This document shows positions 10,976 through 19,896 of a stretch of DNA of 64,000 bases, in pieces. The position numbers were made by a program, and so were the translations under genes. The stretch is from a virus. Taxonomy: Duplodnaviria; Heunggongvirae; Uroviricota; Caudoviricetes. The DNA lies in IMG/VR virus record IMGVR_UViG_3300032167_000073. One strand, given 5' to 3'. A model generated the notes under the pieces. That model saw only the letters and a list, made by a program, of their open reading frames with translations, did not search any database and had not been told where the DNA came from. Positions within the stretch are counted from its first letter, which is position 1, and every line of letters starts with the position of its first letter.

Positions 10976-11343
10976 GGAATGAAGCTATGTCCTATGCACT
11001 AAAGTCCCCGTATTATACGCAGGAACAGGTGGAGGCCATCTTGGGCGAATACGCCAAGTCCTGCGTTGCCCATATCGTTGTAAGTCCAAAGAATGTTCAG
11101 GTCGTTCTGCCCAAGGTCAACCGGATTCCCGTTCAGCGTCGTTTTGCGTCCCTGTTTGATCTCATGGAGATTGAGTACGAATGCGACAAAGCGCCGGATG
11201 GAACACAGCGCATGGTGATTGAGGGCGCATCTCCGATGATGGCCGAATTTTTAAAACGGTTTATCCAGCATGGCTATGTGCTCAGGATGGATCTAATGGA
11301 GGAAAGGAGAGGCAAAAATGGATTCTCAGGAAATGAATCTTAA
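10972..11343 (+). CDS. hypothetical protein (123 aa)
   Basis: ORF on + strand. Confidence 0.45.
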   Translation: MRNEAMSYALKSPYYTQEQVEAILGEYAKSCVAHIVVSPKNVQVVLPKVNRIPVQRRFASLFDLMEIEYECDKAPDGTQRMVIEGASPMMAEFLKRFIQHGYVLRMDLMEERRGKNGFSGNES

Positions 11344-12073
11344 TCCGCAGGAATATTTCGATGAGGTCAAGGAGCGTCGTCATAAGGTGGATGACGCGCA
11401 GCTCAAGGCCGTTTATGACAATTGCTTGGAGCTTTTGGCAAAGTATAAGGTTACAGGTCAGAAGTCCGGCATGCGCAAGCTGATGTTCCATCTCAAGTGT
11501 ATCGAGAAGGAGCGCGAGATCGTCGCCATGGGCATTGATACCTTTGTTTATCGTGACGATATTGAGTTCTATATTGACAAGGTGGCGCAAGATGTCGTCA
11601 AGATCATCGACATCGAAAGCTATGAGCGTGAGATCCCGGATGAAATCGTGGATATCATCGCCCGTGTGAAGGATAAGTTTGATCAGCTCTATATCGTCTT
11701 CACTGATTATACAGGTAAGGTTGAGCGTCAGGTCGAAAAGGAACGCCAGAAGAAAGATCCGATTCTCTTTGGCGCATTCCTCTCTGAGCGCGAGGGTGTT
11801 GTCGATGACAGGTTCTATTACCTTGGCGATTGGGAAGACGAGTATTGCGATCTCACGCTGGATAAGATGGTCAATGAAACCAAGAATGTTGGCAATCGCA
11901 ATATTGCTCATCGCATTTCTACGCCCAAGGATATCGAAGAGCTGAAGGAGCAGCTTGGCAGTCTGTCCGCATTGGAAAATTCAAGCAGATTCATGATTAC
12001 GACGAATGCCCAGCCGGAGAAGAAGGGCTTCTTTGCCAAAGTGAAAACCTTCCTCATGGGGTCTAAGTCGTGA
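11318..12073 (+). CDS. hypothetical protein (251 aa)
   Basis: ORF on + strand, acidic, coiled-coil-like. Confidence 0.5.
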   Translation: MDSQEMNLNPQEYFDEVKERRHKVDDAQLKAVYDNCLELLAKYKVTGQKSGMRKLMFHLKCIEKEREIVAMGIDTFVYRDDIEFYIDKVAQDVVKIIDIESYEREIPDEIVDIIARVKDKFDQLYIVFTDYTGKVERQVEKERQKKDPILFGAFLSEREGVVDDRFYYLGDWEDEYCDLTLDKMVNETKNVGNRNIAHRISTPKDIEELKEQLGSLSALENSSRFMITTNAQPEKKGFFAKVKTFLMGSKS

Positions 12074-12456
12074 AGCCCAATGTCGATCTGACGGCTAACC
12101 GGACGTTTTCATCCATGCGCGTTCGTCCGTGGAGCGTGCTTTCGCATGTTCGCACACATATGCATACGAGGATTTTTGTGTCGTCGGATGAGGAACTTAG
12201 TAGGGAGCAACATCTTGTTTTAACAGGAGACAAGAAGGAACGGAGTATGAAGCGGCTCACCAATGATGAATTGTCCCGCTTTTACTGTGATCGATGCGGC
12301 GCATATCTGAAACGAATTCCTTGGAACCGGAGTATTGGCTTGTGTGCCGCATGCTATAAAGAATTGAATGCGGAGCTTGGGCATCATGATATCGCGTTTA
12401 AGCGTATTGACCAGCGCATGAAGCCGAATGAAAGGAAAAACCCATTCAGAATTTAA
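12070..12456 (+). CDS. hypothetical protein with C-terminal zinc ribbon
   Basis: CDRCGAYL...CAACYKEL motif; true start may be 12247. Confidence 0.4.
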   Translation: MKPNVDLTANRTFSSMRVRPWSVLSHVRTHMHTRIFVSSDEELSREQHLVLTGDKKERSMKRLTNDELSRFYCDRCGAYLKRIPWNRSIGLCAACYKELNAELGHHDIAFKRIDQRMKPNERKNPFRI

Positions 12457-12505
12457 AAAATAATCCCGAAAAAGTATTGACAAATGATTTTGCTGGAGTT
12501 ATACT
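12455..12505 (+). promoter_or_regulatory. conserved phage promoter module, class 1
   Basis: CCCGAAAAAGTATTGACA (12477-12482), N17, TATACT, then AACCTTAGTCAAGAG. Confidence 0.7.
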
Positions 12506-12546
12506 AACCTTAGTCAAGAGAAACAATAACTTTGGAGGGGAAACAG

Positions 12547-13506
12547 ATGGCAGAACCGATGAAGCTTCATCCGTCTCAGGATGTTCCGGTCAGGGATAAC
12601 GTGCTGTATCTCCTGCCCAAGCAGGAAGAAAAGCCTGACAAGCTCCGCAAGGATGGAATGCCCAAAAAGATCTGCCAGAATAAGCAGAAGGGCAGGAAGT
12701 CCGAGGTTTACGCCTTTGAAGCGGAGGATATGAGGCACATGCTTCGTTTCTTCGCAGAGAAAGAGCAATGGATTCATTACTTACTCATGGTGCTGGGCTG
12801 CAATATGGCGCGTCGCGTTGGCGATACGCTCTCCCTGTCTTGGCTTCACTTCTTCAATCCGAAAACGGGCGAGTTGAGAAGCGACCTTCTGGAAATCGAA
12901 GAGGATAAGACGGATAAGCTTGCCAATCCAAGAATCAATTCTGCCTGCCGTGCAGCGATTGAATTGTATCTTGAAAAAACAGGCTGTGATCCCTCTGAGG
13001 ATGGGTATAAAAAGCCCGTCTTCCTGCAGCTCTCCGGCACGCATAAGGGAACCATCCTGACCGACGACGGCCACCGCAAGGCGATTAAAAAGGCTGCGCA
13101 GGCGCTTGGCATCACCTATAACGTAGGCACGCACAGCGCACGCAAAACATTCGGCATGACATCCAGAATGCTCCATCCCGGCGATTATGATTCCATGGAG
13201 CTTCTGCAAACGATCTATAATCACTCAGATACCAAAACGACTAAGCATTACATCGGCCTCACCAAGCAGAAGGTGAACGCATACTATGATGATATGGGCA
13301 GTTTCTTTGATGAGTATATCGTCGGAGATGGGCAGTACCAGATTGGCACGCAGTCGCCCATTGTCAGCCTCAATTCCTGCGATTTGAGGGATATCCTCAA
13401 AGCCGCTTATGAGGCGGGAAGACAGAACGCAGGTGAAGCGGATGCGATGGTGCATGTGGATGCAATCAATACGCTCCTTGATATGGTGGAGCAGTTATCA
13501 AAGTGA
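12547..13506 (+). CDS. tyrosine recombinase / phage integrase family protein
   Basis: box I ARRVGDTLSLSW, HSARKTFG (H-x-x-R) and C-terminal TKHYIG tyrosine motif; start after GGAGGGG RBS. Confidence 0.65.
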   Translation: MAEPMKLHPSQDVPVRDNVLYLLPKQEEKPDKLRKDGMPKKICQNKQKGRKSEVYAFEAEDMRHMLRFFAEKEQWIHYLLMVLGCNMARRVGDTLSLSWLHFFNPKTGELRSDLLEIEEDKTDKLANPRINSACRAAIELYLEKTGCDPSEDGYKKPVFLQLSGTHKGTILTDDGHRKAIKKAAQALGITYNVGTHSARKTFGMTSRMLHPGDYDSMELLQTIYNHSDTKTTKHYIGLTKQKVNAYYDDMGSFFDEYIVGDGQYQIGTQSPIVSLNSCDLRDILKAAYEAGRQNAGEADAMVHVDAINTLLDMVEQLSK

Positions 13507-13727
13507 TCAAGCAAAAGAATGGAGTGTGTACAATGGCAAAATTCAGAACGGAACCATGTGTAAACTATGTGTGCGAGGGCGAGTGCAAGCAGGGTAAAAA
13601 GGCCGTGTTTGGTGGTCTTTGCCAGAAGTGCAGCCTGTATCAGCCACGAGCTGTGGTGAAGCGGCCAAATCGAAAGCGCGAGAAGATGGATAAACTTGAC
13701 CGCGATATCGATTCCCAGCAGGATTAA
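13503..13727 (+). CDS. small Cys-rich protein (74 aa)
   Basis: CVNYVCEGEC...CQKCS metal-binding pattern. Confidence 0.4.
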   Translation: MIKQKNGVCTMAKFRTEPCVNYVCEGECKQGKKAVFGGLCQKCSLYQPRAVVKRPNRKREKMDKLDRDIDSQQD

Positions 13728-13730
13728 GGG

Positions 13731-14036
13731 GTGATACCAATGATATCGTGGAAGGATTACCATATTGGAATCAGACATCAGCATTCAACGCTCTTTATCG
13801 GGAAGAAAAGGATTGACCCTAAGACCGGAAAAGAAGAGTGGAGCAGCATGTCAGGCAATCGGACGGATGAGATCATCGGCGCTGTGATCGACAAGTTCAG
13901 CCGGGATCTCAAGAAGAAAAACGATCCGAACAAGCCGTATGTTGGCCGCTACATCCCCGGCATCGGAAAACTCGTCTTTATCAGAGAGGGGTTCGATTTC
14001 AGCGTGAAGCCATCTCCAAGAAAGAAAGCGCAGTAG
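13731..14036 (+). CDS. hypothetical protein (101 aa)
   Basis: ORF on + strand. Confidence 0.4.
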   Translation: MIPMISWKDYHIGIRHQHSTLFIGKKRIDPKTGKEEWSSMSGNRTDEIIGAVIDKFSRDLKKKNDPNKPYVGRYIPGIGKLVFIREGFDFSVKPSPRKKAQ

Positions 14037-14084
14037 AGTAACCCGTCTTGATAACCCCGATAAGATGCTGGTTTTTAAAAATAA

Positions 14085-14126
14085 TACAGTAAAATACTTG
14101 ACTAGGGTTTTATCGGGTGTTATAAT
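14085..14126 (+). promoter_or_regulatory. sigma70-like promoter (degenerate class-1 module)
   Basis: ACAGTAAAATACTTGACT (14098-14103), N17, TATAAT (14121-14126). Confidence 0.6.
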
Positions 14127-14153
14127 GTGTAAAGAAATGGAGGGTGAAACACT

Positions 14154-15152
14154 GTGGCAAAAATCAGTACGAAGGAGCTGTTCGACCAGTATTATAAGGA
14201 CTGGGAGCCTGTTAAGGCGAAAAAGGTCAGGCCGCAGATCGATAGACCGGAAGTGTATGCTTTTGAGCAGAAGATCGGCAAGCAGCTTGTCGAAATGAAC
14301 GTGGATGAGCTGTTTGAGATGGTGTTGTCGTTCAATAACAACAACCACCCAGAAGATCCGAACTACGTAATCAACTACAATTCTTTCAACCAGATCGCCA
14401 GCGGTTATCGTGACCTGTTTAACTTCTATATTTCTCATTACGAAGTTATCGTCAATCCTTGGTACGATAAGCGTATGCGCGGTGCGCAGGCCACGCAGCG
14501 TCTTGCACAGGATAAGCCAGCCTTTACCTATAAGAACGTAGAAGAAGCCATTCAGCGGGTACAGGGTCATTATGAGCCTGAGCGTGCAAAGTATATCGAG
14601 TGCATCCTTCTCCTGTTCTATTGCGGTTTTGCCAAGTCTGAGGAAATTGTAAACCTTGAAGGGTCGATGATCGATGCGGAGACCAAGACCATCAATCTTC
14701 GCGGAAGGACGATTCGCTTAACAGATCGCTGCTTTGAACTCTTGCAGTATGTGCATAACATGGATTCTCTGCCGGGATGGAGAGGCGATTACACCATGGC
14801 CTCTTGGCGCGGGAAGTATTTCAAATACAATATCCGGCCAAAGCAGGTAGATACGTTTGATGATCGGACGGAAACTGAGGTTGCTGCGCTGATCAATCGC
14901 ACAATCATCGTCTGCGTCAAAAATGAGTTTGGCATGGAAATCAATTATCGCCTGCTGTATCTGTGCGGCTTCTATGATTCTCTTGTCAGAGAGTATGGCG
15001 AAGAACGTGCGCAGGAATTGATTCTCTCTGTCAGGAATCCTGTAGATACGGAAGACCTGATGATCCATGCGGAGTATTACGGTATTGAAGTCAGCAATGT
15101 TTCGCAATTTAAGCGCTCTTTAAGGCCGCTGATCAATATCAAACATGAGTAA
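14154..15152 (+). CDS. hypothetical protein (332 aa), possible degenerate integrase-like DNA-binding protein
   Basis: LLLFYCGFAKSEEIVNLEG resembles recombinase box I but catalytic HxxR/Y not evident. Confidence 0.45.
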   Translation: MAKISTKELFDQYYKDWEPVKAKKVRPQIDRPEVYAFEQKIGKQLVEMNVDELFEMVLSFNNNNHPEDPNYVINYNSFNQIASGYRDLFNFYISHYEVIVNPWYDKRMRGAQATQRLAQDKPAFTYKNVEEAIQRVQGHYEPERAKYIECILLLFYCGFAKSEEIVNLEGSMIDAETKTINLRGRTIRLTDRCFELLQYVHNMDSLPGWRGDYTMASWRGKYFKYNIRPKQVDTFDDRTETEVAALINRTIIVCVKNEFGMEINYRLLYLCGFYDSLVREYGEERAQELILSVRNPVDTEDLMIHAEYYGIEVSNVSQFKRSLRPLINIKHE

Positions 15153-15159
15153 TTGCATA

Positions 15160-15188
15160 CCGAATTCCCTGAAAAGGGAATTTCGGAT
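15160..15188 (+). terminator. rho-independent terminator
   Basis: ccgaattccctgaaaagggaatttcgg hairpin after stop. Confidence 0.5.
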
Positions 15189-15196
15189 TGACTTAA

Positions 15197-15279
15197 AACC
15201 AATGCAGAAAAAGTAATACTTGGTAATCTATGGCAATGTTGGTTAATTGCTTGACGATTTGGATATTTAAGGGTATAAT
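15197..15279 (+). promoter_or_regulatory. class-2 upstream module (AAAACCAATGCAGAAAAAGTAATA) plus TTGACG-N17-TATAAT promoter
   Basis: TTGACG 15251-15256, TATAAT 15274-15279. Confidence 0.55.
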
Positions 15280-15339
15280 GATTACAGATAGGAACGAGCG
15301 TTCGCATTTGTTCGTAAGATAGTGAAAGAGGGGATACAT

Positions 15340-15570
15340 ATGTTTAACATGATGATGAGCAAGGTTAGGCACTTAAAGGGTCACACGCAGGAATGCTACA
15401 CCGCAACGGCTACCTGTGGCGAAAAGTCTGTACACGTCGTTTTTAACTGTATCACAAGGAAGCTGATGATTCATAAGTGGTATAAGCTTACAAGCGACGA
15501 GTGTGATGCAGTCGAAAAATACGCCACGGATTATTTTCTCGCTATGATGCCGGGCGAGGCAATCGCTTGA
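15340..15570 (+). CDS. hypothetical small protein
   Basis: ATG after AGAGGGG RBS. Confidence 0.45.
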   Translation: MFNMMMSKVRHLKGHTQECYTATATCGEKSVHVVFNCITRKLMIHKWYKLTSDECDAVEKYATDYFLAMMPGEAIA

Positions 15571-15592
15571 TCTTACGAACGATAAAGGATTT

Positions 15593-15612
15593 GCGCCGAC
15601 GGCGCATTTTCA
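15593..15612 (+). terminator. rho-independent terminator
   Basis: gcgccgacggcgc hairpin + atttt. Confidence 0.45.
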
Positions 15613-15620
15613 AAAGTTGT

Positions 15621-15660
15621 AAAACCAAAGCAGAAAAAGTATAGAAAGTGAGTAATGGTG
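15621..15660 (+). promoter_or_regulatory. conserved promoter module, class 2 (AAAACCAAAGCAGAAAAAGTATAG)
   Basis: variant lacking TTGACA; gene start 20 bp downstream. Confidence 0.5.
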
Positions 15661-15664
15661 TACA

Positions 15665-16297
15665 ATGAGCGGATATATGATCACGGACGGAAACGGATGC
15701 TATATCCGTCATGATGCACACTCCAAGCGCTATGTTCCCGTCAGAGGCGAAAAGTACGGCGATGTGTGGGAGAAGAGAGAAAAGGCAAGCAACATTTGCG
15801 GCTCTCTTCCAAGAAGACTCAGGCAATTCTATTTTGTCATGCAGGTTGAGCGTGAAGCGGCTGCTGAAAGCGTAAAAACCGAAGCGCCGTCCGTTGTGCA
15901 TACCGATCCCGTATTGGAGCAGGACGATGTGCTCAAGGTGTGGCAAAGCCGAATCAACGCAGCAATCCATTTTGCGGAAGATATCGTGAGGCGAAGTGAA
16001 GAGCTGAACAATTTGCTCTCCGCTTTGGATAGCGAGCTGACCGATCTGGATCATTATCTGGAATTCAACTTTAAGCACCTCAATGCTTATCAGGGATTCA
16101 TGATGACGAAGATGCGTTATAACGTTCTGGAAAAGCGACGTAAAATCAAGGATGAGATGAGCGTCATCAAGGATGTAAGAGGGTGCCTGCCCACGGGAGA
16201 AGGGCTTGATCAGGCGCTCAAGACCATTGACGGCATGGATGCCCGCAGCTATAAGCCGAGGGTTTTGAAATCACTATTTGAGGAGGGCATCTCGTGA
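15665..16297 (+). CDS. hypothetical protein (210 aa)
   Basis: ORF on + strand. Confidence 0.5.
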   Translation: MSGYMITDGNGCYIRHDAHSKRYVPVRGEKYGDVWEKREKASNICGSLPRRLRQFYFVMQVEREAAAESVKTEAPSVVHTDPVLEQDDVLKVWQSRINAAIHFAEDIVRRSEELNNLLSALDSELTDLDHYLEFNFKHLNAYQGFMMTKMRYNVLEKRRKIKDEMSVIKDVRGCLPTGEGLDQALKTIDGMDARSYKPRVLKSLFEEGIS

Positions 16298-16773
16298 AAC
16301 TGAGCAGCATTATGATTCCACAGCACTTTATTGCGCATCCGCCTGCGCAGTGGAAGAAGGAAAAGTGTCTTGCCTATTACGACAAGCATAAAAAGCTTGA
16401 TAGAGAGCTTGTGATTGATCATTCCGGCGTATTGCAGGATGGATACGTGGGCTATATCGTCCTGATGGAAAACGGCATCGCCGAGTATGATGTCCGCATT
16501 GTCAACCATTACACAAAGCCCAAACGACGATTTGAACCGTATAAAAACAGGCCGACAACCTATATCGTAGGTTGCCACGGCAACAATCCAAACGAATACG
16601 TATGGCGGATTACAAATCATACGAAGCAAAAGGAATCCATTATCCCCGGTTCGCACGTGCTTGTCCAGACAAGGAACGGCAATAAGGTTGTCACAGTCGT
16701 CAACGTACTCACGCAGGATCATCCCCCTGTTCCCGGTGTCGTAAAGAAGGTGCTCAGATGTTTGATCAGCTAA
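16294..16773 (+). CDS. hypothetical protein (159 aa)
   Basis: start overlaps upstream stop (GTGA). Confidence 0.5.
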   Translation: MKLSSIMIPQHFIAHPPAQWKKEKCLAYYDKHKKLDRELVIDHSGVLQDGYVGYIVLMENGIAEYDVRIVNHYTKPKRRFEPYKNRPTTYIVGCHGNNPNEYVWRITNHTKQKESIIPGSHVLVQTRNGNKVVTVVNVLTQDHPPVPGVVKKVLRCLIS

Positions 16774-16876
16774 AGAAGAAGATTCGCATCTTTACCAGCT
16801 ATGTGGTTCCGCGCGTGTATAATCTGCGCGATATCTACATGATCATGTGGCTGGGTCAGGAATTCTATATTGAGAA

Positions 16877-17131
16877 GTGGAGAGGAAATACATGGAGAAG
16901 TTGAAGCTTGCAGTATTCTCTGTATTGGAAAGTCTTACGTATATGACTGTTGCGCTTCTGACCGCCTTTGCAGCTAACTTTATGTGGCAGGAAGTGGAAT
17001 GGTGGATGGCTGCTGCATTTTGCATCCTGATTGCGATCATGATGGCCTATATGCTCTATGCCAATAAGACACAGGGCTTTGGCTTTATGGATGATGAGGA
17101 AGACGGAGAAGAAGAGGAAGACGATCAATGA
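16877..17131 (+). CDS. small membrane protein with poly-acidic C-terminal tail
   Basis: two TM helices then DDEEDGEEEEDDQ. Confidence 0.45.
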   Translation: MERKYMEKLKLAVFSVLESLTYMTVALLTAFAANFMWQEVEWWMAAAFCILIAIMMAYMLYANKTQGFGFMDDEEDGEEEEDDQ

Positions 17132-17346
17132 GCAGGCGATCAATCAAGCTGTATCTGAAAAATCAGGAGACTGGGGAGCTTGAAGTCAGGTTTGTCTGTC
17201 ATCGATGCGGCATGGAGATGGAAGAGCGTCCTCCCAATTGGCTGTGCAGAACGGCGAAAAACAGCGCCGTCATGGACTTGTTTACGTTTAGATGCTGGTG
17301 CTCAAAGACGTGCAAGCAGCTAGATCCTGATAAGTACAAATGGTAA
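17128..17346 (+). CDS. small zinc-ribbon protein (72 aa)
   Basis: CHRCG...CWCSKTC. Confidence 0.4.
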   Translation: MSRRSIKLYLKNQETGELEVRFVCHRCGMEMEERPPNWLCRTAKNSAVMDLFTFRCWCSKTCKQLDPDKYKW

Positions 17347-17357
17347 GGAGAAACAGT

Positions 17358-17705
17358 ATGAACATGATGATGATCGTAGACCACGTATTTGGAACGGAAA
17401 GGCCGTACTTCTATGCGCTCATTGCAATCGGCGCAATCTCGTTGACTGTGCTTTTGCTGTATGCTTTCATGTGGAAACGCTGTGCATATAAGTCCGTTCG
17501 TGCTGCGCTCGTCGCGTGTTCTGCCGTCGTCGTTCTCCTCAATGGCATGCTTTGGTCGTGCTTCAAGCCGTCTCCTGTGAGCGCTGATATGACAAGAAGA
17601 GAGCTTGTTGAGCATATCGGTTCCATGACGTGCAGTGAGTTTAGTGCAAAGTATGATGTGGTCACTTACGATGGCGAATACTACCATCTTGTCGAAAGGA
17701 AGTAA
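17358..17705 (+). CDS. small membrane protein
   Basis: hydrophobic segments IAIGAISLTVLLLYAF / VACSAVVVLLNGML. Confidence 0.4.
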   Translation: MNMMMIVDHVFGTERPYFYALIAIGAISLTVLLLYAFMWKRCAYKSVRAALVACSAVVVLLNGMLWSCFKPSPVSADMTRRELVEHIGSMTCSEFSAKYDVVTYDGEYYHLVERK

Positions 17706-17709
17706 GCGT

Positions 17710-18024
17710 ATGGGCATGAAGATTTGGATAGATGATGTTCGTCCGGCTCCCGGCGATTGCTTTCATGAATGGCTCTGGTGCAGAAGCGTAGATACCGCTA
17801 AATGCGCTATCGAGGCAGCAGAAAAGAATGGAAAGGAAATCGATCTCATCGATCTTGACCACGACGCAGGCGATTACGCAGATCGCGGCGGCGATTACAT
17901 CAAACTCTTGGATTGGATGGTAGAAACCGAGCGCTTCTATCCGGTCAAGCTTCATACGATGAACCCTGTTGGCCGGGAGAGTATGCAGCGGATGATTGAC
18001 AGGTATTGGGGAGGCAAGAAATGA
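17710..18024 (+). CDS. receiver-fold (REC-like) small protein
   Basis: MKIWIDDVRP...IDLIDLDHDAG...HTMNPVG pattern typical of CheY-like/cyclic-phosphate-processing receiver domains. Confidence 0.4.
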   Translation: MGMKIWIDDVRPAPGDCFHEWLWCRSVDTAKCAIEAAEKNGKEIDLIDLDHDAGDYADRGGDYIKLLDWMVETERFYPVKLHTMNPVGRESMQRMIDRYWGGKK

Positions 18025-18452
18025 GTTCTGCTTTTAGCTTTGGAAAGCTTGCTGCAAAAATCCTGTCTCTTCCAGATGTGAAGCCATATTCAGGCTTTGA
18101 TGCATCCAGCGCACGCGCTATGGTAGACGAAGCCAAGCAAAGGCGAGACGAAAAAGAACTGAAAGATTTCCGTGCTGTAAAGGAAGATATCTATCAGCAG
18201 GTGTATCAGGCGATTTATCTTGCCGCACAAGCGGAGAGAACATATATCCGTATCTCCTCAAATTACGCATTCTATTATCATAAGCATGAAAGCAGTGATT
18301 TGGTATGGGATATAACGACCATGAGGATTTTCGTCAAGGAATGCCAAAAACATTTTGAGGATCAGGGATATAGCTTTACGTATAATCTGATTAACACCTC
18401 TGAAGATTGCGCACATATTTACATCGAATGGACATATCCAAGGGAAGGATGA
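18021..18452 (+). CDS. hypothetical protein
   Basis: ORF on + strand. Confidence 0.45.
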   Translation: MSSAFSFGKLAAKILSLPDVKPYSGFDASSARAMVDEAKQRRDEKELKDFRAVKEDIYQQVYQAIYLAAQAERTYIRISSNYAFYYHKHESSDLVWDITTMRIFVKECQKHFEDQGYSFTYNLINTSEDCAHIYIEWTYPREG

Positions 18453-18456
18453 AACA

Positions 18457-19341
18457 ATGGAAATCATGGATTGTAAGGCTGTAAGAGCCGAAATACTGGA
18501 AGAGGTAAAGAGCGCTGTTGCTTCTTCCTCTGGCAAAATGTCGCTGGTTATCGTTCAGGTGGTTGGCGATGATGCGAGCGAAGTGTATGTAAAGAACAAG
18601 GAGAAGACGTGTAAGGATGTCGGCATTCAGCCCATCATTGTCCGTCTTCCGCAGGCTGTTTCCTATGATGATCTTGCAAGCGTCATCCGCTTGTATAACG
18701 GGATGGATAGCGTTACTGGCCTCATGCTGCAGCTCCCTCTGCCGGATCATTTGAAGCCTCATCAGCGCGAACTGCTGGATCTGATCGATTACAAGAAGGA
18801 TGTGGACGGCCTATGTTCTGCAAGTATTGGCAGGCTTTGGGCGGGTCTTGATTGCATCACGCCTGCAACGCCCACGGGTATCATGTATATGCTGCCGGAT
18901 AGTCTGGCCGGAAAGAATGTCACCATCATTGGCCGCAGCGATCTTGTGGGAAAGCCGCTTGCAAAGCTCATGATGGATAGGCATGCAACTGTTACTCTGT
19001 GTCATAGCAGGACGGTGCGCCTTGAAGAACATTTGAAGAATGCGGATATTGTGGTGTCTGCCGTTGGCAAGCCGATGTTCCTGTGCAATGAAGATCACGA
19101 TATCGCGTCTTCCTGTGCGCAGATGTGGTTTGACGTGGGCATGAATCGTGATGAAGCCGGAAAGCTTTGCGGCGATATCAAGGCGGACGATCTGAAGGAT
19201 ACGGAGGCGCTTGTTTCGTCCGTTCCGGGCGGAGTTGGCTTGCTGACGACGGCGCAGCTCATGCGCAATGTCGTTAAGGCGTATCAGCTTCAAAGCGGCG
19301 AAGGTCAGCATGTCCGCCGTTATCGGAGGGTACGCCCATGA
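18457..19341 (+). CDS. folD: bifunctional methylenetetrahydrofolate dehydrogenase/cyclohydrolase FolD
   Basis: full-length collinear match to FolD hallmarks: YVKNKEK, LQLPLPDHL, DVDGL, PCTPTGIMYML, TIIGRSDLVGKPLAKLMM...ATVTLCHSRT, ADIVVSAVGKP. Confidence 0.85.
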   Translation: MEIMDCKAVRAEILEEVKSAVASSSGKMSLVIVQVVGDDASEVYVKNKEKTCKDVGIQPIIVRLPQAVSYDDLASVIRLYNGMDSVTGLMLQLPLPDHLKPHQRELLDLIDYKKDVDGLCSASIGRLWAGLDCITPATPTGIMYMLPDSLAGKNVTIIGRSDLVGKPLAKLMMDRHATVTLCHSRTVRLEEHLKNADIVVSAVGKPMFLCNEDHDIASSCAQMWFDVGMNRDEAGKLCGDIKADDLKDTEALVSSVPGGVGLLTTAQLMRNVVKAYQLQSGEGQHVRRYRRVRP

Positions 19342-19443
19342 TGATGAATGCCTTGCATCTTCTCTGGATTCTTCCGGTGACGATTGTTCTGTCTGTTCTC
19401 TTTACGGCGCTGTTTGTGTCCGGTAAAGGAAACTGATAATCGT

Positions 19444-19470
19444 AAACCCTACTGAGTAGGGTTTCAAAAT
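19444..19470 (+). terminator. rho-independent terminator
   Basis: aaaccctactgagtagggttt perfect 9-bp stem followed by caaaat. Confidence 0.6.
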
Positions 19471-19597
19471 CGCAGAAATGCGTTCGGCCTACTTGAGAGG
19501 CCGCAACGTGAGGGACGCGACTGAATCACAAAGCATTCGACGGCGATCCACTCACGAAAAACTGTGTTACAACGGTTGCTGGGTAACTGGATTTGAG

Positions 19598-19880
19598 GTT
19601 TGACTAGTCTATTAGGTAACACAGTTACCAAGCAAGAGGAAGTCTTTGATTGCCACTCTCAGCGTTTGACTAGTCTATTAGGTAACACAGTTACCAAGCT
19701 TACTATGGCAGTTCTGGCCGTGCTTTGCGTTTGACTAGTCTATAAGGTAACACAGTTACCAAGCTGCTGATCAGTGATAATACCCTTGTTTCTTGTTTGA
19801 CTAGTCTACAAGGTTACACAGTTACCAAGCACTTTTGTGGATAGACTTTTGTGTCGAGGCGTTTGACTGGTCTATGAAAG
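19598..19880 (+). CRISPR. CRISPR array: 4 full 36-bp repeats + degenerate terminal repeat, 4 unique spacers (30, 29, 30, 30 bp)
   Basis: repeat GTTTGACTAGTCTATTAGGTAACACAGTTACCAAGC at 19598, 19664, 19729, 19795 (R4 variant); truncated GTTTGACTGGTCTATGAAAG at 19861; repeat carries hairpin GGTAAC-ACA-GTTACC near its 3' end. Confidence 0.85.
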
Positions 19881-19896
19881 ATAAATAAAGGAATAT

